From assembly GCA_003344405.1 (NCBI GenBank), contig NOWV01000031.1, forward strand, positions 372,001 through 436,000: a stretch of 64,000 nt of DNA. The letters run 5' to 3'. The DNA comes from Trichoplax sp. H2. Taxonomy: Eukaryota. The notes under the pieces are model-generated. The model saw only the letters and a program-made list of their open reading frames with translations. It was not told the DNA's origin and made no database searches. The position numbers and the translations under genes are program-made. Shown piece by piece: positions 1-11,158 of the stretch (the first letter of the stretch is position 1; the number at the start of each line of letters is the position of its first letter).

Positions 1-1087
1 GATTGTTTGGACTTTGAAAGATTAAATAGCCATTATATTATGATAATTATGTTTTTAGTATTAAATGCTTTTGGAATTATTGTAACAATATCCTGCCGTA
101 CATACAGTCATCAACCACCAATCCGGCATCTGATCCATAGCTTAAACATTCTGATTTATATGTATGCTACGGATATGCTAGTTTGTGCTGACTACCTGAC
201 AAGTCTTACATCTCAGTCCGTGAATTTGGTAAAAGAAGATTATACATAATTCAGCTCGATGTTCACCCTTTCATAATTAAGCACATGGTATATCCTTAAT
301 AAACTCTGTTTTAATAGAAACTGTACGTTTGATAATTATAATATAAGTGTTTCTCAGATAGTATACTAGTATGTACTCAATGAAAGTCTTAACTGCTAAT
401 ATTGTTTAGTAATTGTGTTTTAAGTTACAAAAAACTTCGTTATCGCACTGACTCTTTCTTGTTCAGATTGCGTCACTGCTAGTGTAAGTAGCGCCAACGT
501 TTACGAGTATTTTCATCTGTAGAAATCCATTCGTGTTATTGTTTTATTATTACACGCCTACATCAGTTGGCGCCAATATTCATTTCCAAAGTCGTAATGT
601 CTTATAATTTTAATTAACAAAAAATTATGTTATATCCTAGTTGTAGCTGTAACATTAAAACTCTTAGTGGTACACCAAATAGTAAGATAAAAAGTTTGGT
701 AATTTATTGCAATAAATGCAATGCATACCTTCACTATGATATAACCTTGGCATAGAATTTTGAAAATGGATACTTAATAGTCAATAAAAAGCTCTATTAT
801 ATCGCGAATAAGATCGTATCATTCTTAAACAAAAGTTTTTAACTTTAATCAAAGTCAATTTCTTTGCCTAATAGTTGTAGGTAACTGAAATTTGTACATC
901 TTAGAGAGAACATTGATAACATTTACAAGTTGTTAAAACACACAAATATCATATATTATCTTCATCAAAATTTGAAATCTAATATTAATAGTACAGTCAT
1001 AAAGGATATCGGAAAAATAATTCAAGTACTTCATTTATAGATAAATATCTCTAATCAAATAAGTTTTGAGGTAATCAAGTTTGTCAT

Positions 1088-4000
1088 TTACGGCTGCGTG
1101 GTTTGTAACAGCAATGATAATGAGGTTCTTTTACCAATAATCCTTCAAAGCAGAACGATAGCATTTTAAATTAACTAATCTAACTTTCATCTCAGATGGG
1201 TCATAGTAAGAATGCAAACTATGATACTTACCCCTGACTCTCTGATTGCAATGCAGGATTAAGTACGGCCGAAGCAACACTACGTAGGCAAGTTTTAAAT
1301 ATCAGTGATGTAGAATATCAAAATTAACAAGTTTGCATATTGGCAAATTATCACTTACTTTGGTAATTGCAGTAATTTTACTAATTCGTTAGCTCTGTTG
1401 ATGATAAATTCATTGCTATTACCATTTTTGGGCTGCGTTGACTTAAGATAATAATCAAAATGAATAAAATCGCAGTTAGTTCACGAAAGAGAGGAAAGGT
1501 ACAATGCAATACCGCAGCCAATACAGCATGAAATTTCAAATCCTAATATTTTCGGTACAAGATCAAGATTTAAGACTTTGCAGAATTTATTTACATAATA
1601 CTTTCCAATCTTCATTAAGCAAATCTGCGCTCGTTGGATGGTATCGCATCTAGAGGATAACTAGATAATCGTAACATATAATAGATAATAATTAACATAT
1701 CGAAGCAGATGCATAATTTCTACTTAAGTAGCAGATAATAAAATAATGCTGTACTAAAACGTAGGTAAACATTTGATACGAACTAGAATAATAATACACA
1801 TGTATGAATGAAAATAACTTTCTAATGTGAAACTAAACATAGAATATCTAATGGCTATTGAGTTTCTAATTATGCCTTCAAAAAGTACCTTTGCTAAACA
1901 TGTCATAAGCAACGTCACGAATCTTGCAGTAAACTTTTTCTAAACACATGAAGACAGTTAAATAAATTCTAAATTCTAAATATAATTATTAAGAAACGTA
2001 ATCGTAAATAATTCTGATAACAGTACACCATATTGTAACTACTAACCGAGTCTCCAGCATGATTCAGGCAAACTTCATATGATAAGCTTTCAATACACTA
2101 TTTAAAGATTTAAAGATTCCGACAAAATGTATAAATTCGGGAAATGGTACTAACGAATTTGAATGACAATAAATCTAAGCAGGTATTTAATCCAGATTTA
2201 TTATCACTAGCAGATTCAGAATACTGAGAAAAAATAAATAAGGATGTAAATTGACGAACTTCGTAATAAACCAGAACGCATTCTTTCGTACACTTGATGT
2301 AATATTGGGAAGAAGAATATTCACCAATAATCCATATCTAATAAATTAATAGTTTAAATTTATATTACACCAAGGACCTGAGTGCAAACCAACTATATTA
2401 AGGGATAGTGAAAACATAGTAGTGTAATACAAAAATTACGGTATATAATTCTTACCATATGCATATATAGTTCATTTTCAATGTTGAGAGCATGTTTCGA
2501 TTGACTAATGTAGTCTAAAATCTCTGCTTGACGATCAACAACAATTCTAGGATATTGCTTGCATAAAATTAAAATTTGAGCTGAAAAGACCCTTCAAGTA
2601 ATATAAAATAAAAGCGACTATAAGTTATCTATTTTCTAAATCACATTAACCTCTGAAAACTTACTCTAGCACATTCTCTTGATATTGTCTGATCTGGTAT
2701 AATTGAACAGATCTTTCTATTATAGCGGGAAACAGATCGTGTATAATTTCATAACTTGCTTTTTCCATAATAACTTTGAAGAAGACACTGGCGAATTTGA
2801 TGAAATAAAATAAAAGCATCGCCAATTGGGATTTCCCTTCATTTAATAAGTTACAATGCTAAACGACGAAATCTTGTCATCACTCTAGAGAATTAATTGC
2901 TTACTTTAATAGAATAGGTACACACTGTGAACAGACAGAAATCCGTGGATGCGTAGAGAACTTTTCTAGTACGTCATGTAATGTATTTAGCCTTTTATAC
3001 ATATAAAGATAACATATTAGGATGCAAATAATTTCTTGCATAATAATTTTTTGACGTGCTTACTTATTAATGGTATCGCCTTTACCACTGCAACATCTCA
3101 GGATAAAGGAGAGAATAGGCTCAAATGTAGGAGATATGACAACGCCAAAATCAAAAGCTGTTTTGGTTGGTAACGTTCTTCCACTTGCAATTAAAACTTG
3201 GGCTAGCAAACGTAACTCAAAAGTTAGTAAATTTTACAGTGGTTGTGTACTAGATACAGCACGATAATTACAATCATTTTATTACAATACCTTGTTGATG
3301 CATGTGCTTAGCCTCTAAGGCCGCAGATACACACGGTAAATCAATAATGGTATGGAGCATCTACATAAGCAACATATATTCCATTATATTACGTAAACAA
3401 GAATATGAAATATCGTAAAGAAATGGTTATTAGATAAATGGTTTAAATGACAATCAACCTCTGTTGCTGTTTTAGCAGAAATCATACTAGGAAGAATTTG
3501 TACGTATTCTACGAGATATGTTCTTGGAAACCATGCAAATATCTAGTTTTAAAAGATAATAAAGCAAACTATTTACTACGGAATACTGTTAAAGTAATAT
3601 ATTAAACAGAATCCAAAATATTTGCAGTATTCTTTAAGAAACCTTTAAAATATTAGGAAAATAACGTGTGAATACTTCTGTATTCGCGCATAACTTTTCT
3701 TGGTTTTCAATCAAAAACATAACCACGTCGAAGGCTAAAAAGGAACTGTAACGTAGCTCGAGTTAAATATATTGAATAAAATAATCATTTGGTAATTACT
3801 AGCATAGCCTACTACAATGCCCTTACTACATGATATTCATAACTTAATTATTATTACTTACTTATGAAAGCGTGTATCCAATACTTTAGCAAAAAAAAAT
3901 TCTAATGCGTCCTTGGTATCGAATACAACAGTGTCACCTTTATAGTTTGTAAATAAGCAGTCGATTTCATTCGTATATCAGATATACGCTTAAAATACTT

Positions 4001-7000
4001 AAATGTCTAGGGCCTCCATGCCTTACCGAAATTAATGAAAAATTGAATAACAGCCAGTAGCGTCCTCCCCTTATTAACATCTAGTACTTGCTTGTAGATT
4101 CTTTTAACTTTGTTGAAAAGGGCGGGAATAGACGACGGATCGCAATCGCAAACATTGTTCATAAGTGTAACCACCTCAACTAAACACTATAAGTTCAAGA
4201 TTCCAAGATAAGCAATGAAATGCTTTAGCCATCATATAAACTCAGTATATCTATATGCATAAATCAAAATTTATACTTCTATCTTAATAGTTGTCTCCTC
4301 ACCGAAAATTGTAAAGTAGTATCGACGCTGTTTGTTGCTTCTAAAGTTTACAATGTTTGCATAAAATTAGTATTTAGGAATTTCCTTCACTTGCGCTTTC
4401 ATTATAAATTCATCACACATTTGGAATTACTAAAACATGAGTATGTATTATCTTACTCAGTTCACTTTGATCTATCAGTCGTGAACAATACGTCAATATA
4501 ATGTCTAGTAGTTTATCTCTACGGTTTTTCTTAGGTGTTAATGCAGATGTTCCGGCCGGCAAATTGGACAGTCGACGAATACTTTGCATTGAATTTTCGA
4601 TACTACCAGCAGTTGGAGAACTTCTTGACGTTGGAGTTGATGTATTGGAAGTAAATGCTCTTTCCATATTAGATTGATTCGTTATTAGCCATCTTCGAAT
4701 TGCAGAAAAGGCGTAAATATTTCGTAATTGGTCTTGAGTGAAAAAAGAAGCTGTAATAGTAACATAACGATATAGATTCAATGATTATTGTAAAAATTAT
4801 TCTAATAGGTATAAAATGGTTCGCAGATAAATCTATACACTTGTAAAGCGGCAGACTATATCTTATTCTGTATAAGTTTACTAAACCACAATAAAGTTAG
4901 GCCTACGAATACGAACTTAAGACAAAAATCTGCTTTTATTACAATATTTAAAAAGGCCTGTGTAAGCTAGTCTATATTACCAGTGCAAAGAATGGTAAAA
5001 TTTCCGCGTATTTGGCTTCCATCAATTTCTGTAGGTATCTTATTCTTGTTTTAAGAATTCAATATGGCATTAGATGTCCATTATAGTATAATTAAAAGCA
5101 GCGATTGCACAATAGACTGAAATGTGCCATCAGCTTGTTGTATCGCCCATTACCTTCTTGTCTGCTGGTGATCTACCTCGTGCTGATTCTATCGAGGTAT
5201 CCAATAACCATTGACCGAGGACGCTATTTAATTTCTGAATAAATTCTAGTAACATACGTAGATTACCTTCCATTTAATTTTTACTATGCGAAATTTGCTA
5301 ATTATGCATTCCTTCCTTTACAAGATTTATATCAGAGAAGGCGAAAGCATTTCTTTAATTATATATCTATCGATACCTTCAGTCATGAGTGAAGGGCAAC
5401 TAGTTGCAATAGAAATGACTGTAGTCATAGCAAGAAGCTGAGCTTCTGAAGGAGTCTGGATCGTTACCCATCTGTAAGTATGCAATATTAAATTAAAAAA
5501 ACAAGCAACGGTACAAAATACTTGTATGGATTAACAACTGTTGATATGCTATCTAAGACTCAATTAACTCTATTAAAGTGGAAATAGTCGATTACAATCA
5601 ATGGGGTATGTAAGATCGTTTATAGCTTTTGATAGCAGTTTTGCAAGTTTTATAATTAATAAATTTTTACTTGAGAAGGTGTGGCAAATTTTCCGGCCAA
5701 TAACCTAAATCTTTTCCCTAACATTAAATGATAATAATAAGTCTGTATTTAATTTCTAGCATTGAAACGAGAGTAAGCTAACATTGTATAAGATTTAGTT
5801 AGTGCAGGAAATGAAAATTTATTGCAAACGTTAGCAATGATCATTAAACAACTTATTCGCCATTTATATTGTACAAGTACATATGTCTAAAGCAAGCAAG
5901 TGTAAATTAGCGTATAAATTTCAATAGATGAATTTTATTATTTAGCGAATTTAAAGTCATTAATCCCTTAACAACCAAAACCGATTAAAAATAATGTACG
6001 GTTTTGTTTCACTTTATGAGGTGAATTAACTGTTTACTTCATCATTCATTCATTTCTAATTCATGAGCACTAAGCACTTCCGATTGTAGGCTATATGTGC
6101 GAAATTGTCATTCTCATTTTCGGTAAGCTCTGATTCATTTAATCCTATGATCAATTTCTGTGTGACCAACCTCAGTTAATAATAACGGCAAAACGTGTAG
6201 TACATTCCTTTTATCAAGATTTTGGATACTTCTTAAATTCTGCCAATATCTAGGAGCTAATTCATTCAGCAGATACGAAGTTGATAAAAGAACGAGATGA
6301 GGAGTTTGAGAACTTTCGGTAATAATTTGTAATAAATATGACAATAATTGACCAGGAAGCCTGTAAAAGGAAATGGATCTAAAATTTCATAACTGTTGAC
6401 AACGAAAAATAATTGATAACTAAATATCAATTGCAACATTAATAGCTAAAGCAATCACTAATTAACAATGCCTAGCCCTACAATGTACATTGGCCTAATT
6501 CATAGCCCACAACTAGCATAGTTAGGCAAAGGCGACATCGAAAATAATCTTGAATAAAGGAATTCTGAAAGCCGAATGAATTATTTCTTACTCACTTCTT
6601 ATCTTTGCGAGTCCAAGCTACGATAACATACAGTTGTCGTAGTTTACGTATTGAGGCAGAAGGATTGTTATTCTGTCGCAAGACTGTTAATAGTTCTAGA
6701 GAAAATTCTTCTATCTCTTTGTCAGTCCAACCTCTATTTAAAAAGAAAATTTTAAGTTGATGTCATCGACTCCATTACTTGATATGTGTATGTATTGGAT
6801 CATAGACATTAGGATTTAACTTCATATAATCAGTTCTGTTACAGAATACGAAGAATGATAGATGTCATTTATAAATTGATATACATATGTATTAAACTAT
6901 TAACATTAGGCTTTTGTATCGAACGAGTAATCCTACTATAGCATATACATTTGAGCAGACCCCATCTAATAACTTGACGCATGTACATCATTAGACTTTA

Positions 7001-8445
7001 AGCCTTGAATAAGTCATTCCATTACATCATAGACATAAGAGTCGATCCCATCTAGTAACTTGATACCCGTCTGTAGAAGTACTAAACCATTATCATTAAG
7101 CATAAAGCCTAGAATAATCAACCCTAGTACAACCTACACAGTAGAGTAGATCCCTACTAACAACGGTTATCATATTAGCCTCGATGAGCAATTCTCCTAT
7201 AGCGACACAGCAGAGTAGACGCTTTCTATAACCTGATACGTAGAGCCGATTCTTTAATAACTTGATACATGTACTGTATTCGTATGCATGAAACTATTAA
7301 CATTAAACTTGAAGTCTCGAATAAGTAATCCTCTTGCAACATAGATAGTAGAGTTGATCATCCTAATAACATGATATGAGTATGTATTAAACCTATAATA
7401 GAATATTAGGCTTAGTCTCGAATAAGCAATCCTATTACAGAATCCATAGTATAGCGGATTCCACTGATAACTTGATACGCGTATACTATTAAGCTTTAGC
7501 CTCGACTAGGCAATCCTATAATTATAATATACTGTACACAGCAGAGAAGATCCTCTCTAATAAACTTGATACACGAACGGTCTGCATTAAACCAATAACA
7601 TTAGGCTTTAAGCATTCCATAAGCAATCCTATTACAGTAGAGGCAGTACTGTAGATCGCATCTAGCAACTTGACGGATATCTGTATCTACAAGTATTAAA
7701 CTATTATCATTAAGGATTAAACTCAAATAAGTAATGTTACAACAACCAACACAGTAGAGTAGATCCCAACGAATAACTTGATACACGTCCTCCCCTAATT
7801 CAGATTACCACCTCAAGATCACTGCTCTACTTTACGAGAAGTATAGTCAATCAAATTAGACATATTCAATATAAGCCTTAAGCCTCGAATGAGCAATCCT
7901 ATCGCGGCAGCCTACATAGTAGAATAGATTCTATCTTATAATTGAATAATAGTAAGCTTTACGCTTCGAATAAGCAATCCTATTACAGCATAGACAAAAG
8001 AGTCATTCCCTTCGAATAACTTGATCCGCTCATATTCAACCATTAAAGTTTAGATACGCATAAGCAATGTTATCACAATATCCACAGTAGCGTAGATCGT
8101 ATCAAATACGGGTTAGTAATACTCATTCACGACCTTCATAGATCCCTAATTTAGATTATTACTAGAAGATCACAGCTCTCTACCATACTAATACTATAGT
8201 CATAAGAATCAGAAATGTTATGATAAATAAATTGTTGTCATGTTTATCCACCCTATTGGCCTCTCCATTCTAATCAAGAAATCGATCAAAACAATCGCAA
8301 ATCAACCATCTAACATTTCAGTCTACATCCATATTCATCATCAATGCTATTTTCAAGTTCAACAGCAACATGCATACCTTGCTTTTTGAAATGCAGCATC
8401 CACATTGGAGACGATCGCAGAATCGACATTTTGTACTGAAGCCAT
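1088..8445 (-). CDS. AP5Z1: AP-5 complex subunit zeta-1 (SPG48 orthologue), multi-exon
   Basis: Manual GT-AG splicing gives exon 1 8378-8445 (MASVQNVDSAIVSNVDAAFQKAR), exon 2 6596-6733 (GWTDKEIEEFSLELL...SIRKLRQLYVIV), then IPTEIDG, FFTQDQLRNIYAFSAIRRWL, RRDKLLDIILTYCSRLIDQS, IFAWFPRTYLVEYVQILPSMISAKTATE, MLHTIIDLPCVSAALE, IINRANELVKLLQLPNVASAVLNP and a final exon ending TAA at 1088-1090. These match, in order, motifs I recall from human AP5Z1 (VTEVDG, FTDDQWLNVQAFSMLRAWL, EYCQRLIEQS, FLAWNSP, MLHALLDLPCLTAVLD, RATELLTLLKMPSVAQFVL). Not every internal boundary was verified. Confidence 0.9.
6870..8110. repeat. Degenerate tandem repeat (~12 units of ~80-110 bp) in AP5Z1 intron 1
   Basis: A recurring block approximating AATAAGCAATCCTATTACAG...AGAGTAGATCCC..TAATAACTTGATAC occurs, with TAACTTGA-like anchors near 6970, 7057, 7228, 7258, 7367, 7468, 7562, 7667, 7775, 7940 and 8017. 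Boundaries are approximate. Confidence 0.85.
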
Positions 8446-8698
8446 GGCGAAGAAGGAGTTCAATGAGCAGGAAATGGAGGATTGATGTCGTCATGGGTAC
8501 AGTATGGTCCAGTATGTCACAAGCTTGCTGTTGTTATAGTCCTACTGTACCTATGACATTGAGGAGTGTTTTCAGTATCAATACTGTCTAATGCCTTACA
8601 GTACTCTAATGTCACTCTTGACTAGAGCTCTATACTGTGCTCAGTATACCTTAGAAATCAGAGATTGCTATAGTCTATATCCAAATAACAAGCAATGT

Positions 8699-10125
8699 AA
8701 TCCAATTTCGGAAGCCTCATTACGACACTAGTGGTTTAATAATGTAGCTATTAGATCATGGCACACATCTATAATATCTAATATTATTTGCAAGCATAGA
8801 CTGTGCTCTTTAAACCTGTTCGATGTAAAAGAAAGCTTTTCTTTAACATGAATATGTTTTTTTCTCCGTCTATATCCGAGCCTGTCAACGAAGGAAAAAT
8901 TAGAGATGGATTGAATATACAAGACTTATTAGTTAATCTTATTCGGTGATACTTTCCATGTTTATATCAAACTTTTATTTAGTATCCAAAGGGAATATAA
9001 CATCTATTGCATATTTTGCACATGGTAATATTAGATTTCAATCATTAAAATAGCTCTAGCAAGTGTGGCATATATAAGTTGTATGTATAACAATATAACA
9101 TATATGTATATTTCATAATCAATTATATGTATATATATATATATATATATAGGAGGTTATACCCAACCTTTGTATCTGGGTGTATATATACGAGAAAAAA
9201 AAATAAATGCGCTGACTGGCTGAAATTTCTGAGGTTTTACATCGCAAATACATGCTACTGCTACTATAAATAGGCGATATAACAATCCAATTTCGGATGC
9301 CTCACTACAACATTATTGATTTAATGTAGTGATTAATTCATAGCCCACACATCTACAATACTTAATAATGTTTACAAGCACAGAGTGCGCTATTCAAATC
9401 GATAAAGGCGAAAGAAAAGCTTTTTTCAACATGCACTAGTACAAACTCCCGTCGCTTTGCTGACGGTTTACGATAATGTGCTCATTTAACAGATAGTATT
9501 ACCATTTGATAGACCTGTCAGAAGTTCAGTAACTTTATACCGTGTACTGCATGCTGTACAAATGTACAGTACCTTTCAACCTCATAAAGACTAGATATGG
9601 GATGTAAAATATAGCACATATGAAAGACATCAGACATATAATCATGGATGAATTTGCTTGAATCAATTTCGGACTTTTGAAGTTTTAATTTGATAAAAAT
9701 AATATTTACTGTAGTACTGTAACGTTAGTATTAACTGTGAGTAAGTGATTAATTGCGTAGTGAAAAGTACAAGTATGGTACATGAAGTAAAACGATCGAG
9801 GGTTCTACATGCTAATATATAGTAAAAGCACAAGTATATACAGACTGTATAGAGTATTTGAAATAGAATGAGTTTAAGCTCTACTAGTTCTGCTTCATTT
9901 GGTAGCTATCATAATTGCTTACAGTAGATTGTAAGGATTGCACCAATTTATCTAATACTGTAACTTAAGGTGGTAAACTAGACTGTACTACGTTTGTTGT
10001 AGCTAGTATTCAGCGATTCCTTCCTTGTCCGTAGCACTTTTTTATTTAGTATCCAATAGGGATCATAGCATATACTGCATATCTTGCATGTAGCAAAATT
10101 ATATTTCAATCTTTAAAACAGCTGC
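8699..10125. repeat. Old local duplication upstream of AP5Z1 (unit 1 ~8699-9060, unit 2 ~9283-10125)
   Basis: AATCCAATTTCGGA(A/T)GCCTCA...CACACATCTA...AAAGCTTTT occurs at ~8699 and ~9283. TTTATTTAGTATCCAA...ATTTCAATC occurs at ~8975 and ~10040. The spacer between the two blocks differs between the units. Confidence 0.75.
9130..9151. repeat. (TA)n microsatellite
   Basis: Uninterrupted TA run of ~11 units. Confidence 0.95.
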
Positions 10126-10631
10126 ATGCACAATGAATCCTCTTTAATACTATCATGAACACGAGTAATGAATAAAAATATTAATATGAATACCGTCTTG
10201 TGGAGGATAATCATGGTTACAACAGATTTTTTCAGCCAACATTTAAAATGAGCTGAACAAAAAATACATGTTTATAAAAAACAATTAATTCTATCTGATC
10301 TTCATCAGAGCGTTTTGATCCGTATAATAAGCGTATAGATCGTAGTAGTGATGAGAGACATAAGAAAAAGACAATCAGGATTACCGAAGTAAAATGATTT
10401 GGTCTATTATGAATATTATAGAATAAACATCACCATACTAGAATTAGTATAAATAGTAAAAGTCCACTTCAAGTTTTTTTCTTCAATATCAGTCATTATG
10501 AATAAGTCACAGTGAAAGCTAGTTGACCGAAATTGAAAAATTCTAATTCAAGTGACGAAGTGTATTGCATATAAGTATGGCATGTACAGTGAAAATGGCT
10601 TTCAAACTGTTCATTAAAGTTAATATACGCG

Positions 10632-11105
10632 TGTGACAATTAATTAATTATTGCGTCATCAATGATATAATTTTGTTGAGTAATGAATCATATGTTAGCA
10701 CCTAGCCATTAATTAACTAATATTAAATGTCATAGAAAGTGTGTTGTGATTCTTGCTACATTTAGCATGTAGATTTGGCTATAAATTTATCATTGTATTG
10801 CACTAACGAAGTTTGTGAGACTATATAAAAGCCTCAAAGTTGTTAATTGAGAGAGTTGATAAGTTAGTTGATAACAGATGGTTATCAGTGGTTAGCAGTA
10901 GATTGTAAGTTGTGAGTTCAATAGGATATTTTAATAAATAGCTTTTAGGATAAAGTTTGATTCTTGGCGTGAGTATTCTATCGTCGAAGACTCGAATCTA
11001 ATTTTGGTAGATTAAAGAGTGTTTAGGATTAGTTGCTTAGATAGTTAAGACTACTTTAAAGGAAAGAATCCCGTTAATTTTTGTGTTGCAATTTCGGTTG
11101 CAACA
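10632..11105 (+). mobile_element. Putative solo LTR just downstream of TRPA copy A
   Basis: Starts TGTGACAA and ends TTGCAACA. Flanks are ACGCG / ACACG (4/5 TSD match). It has a TATA-like CTATATAAAAG at ~10821 and a terminal hairpin TGTTGCAA-TTTCGG-TTGCAACA, analogous to the ends of the other LTRs in the window. Confidence 0.6.
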
Positions 11106-11158
11106 ACACGGCTTGTAATACATCTAACATAAGATGAAAGACAAGAATTGTTGATTTA

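Noticed and set aside
1..600. Possible 3' end of a plus-strand gene (ORF 7-249 and an acceptor-like site near 467)
   Set aside because: No recognisable protein motif, and the frames close quickly. It cannot be supported without the preceding window.
6870..8110. CRISPR-like array
   Set aside because: The units are degenerate along their whole length with no unique spacers, they lie in a spliceosomal intron of a eukaryotic gene, and no cas genes are present.
8370..8591. 73-aa plus-strand ORF
   Set aside because: It is the antisense shadow of AP5Z1 exon 1 and its 5' region, with no independent coding evidence.
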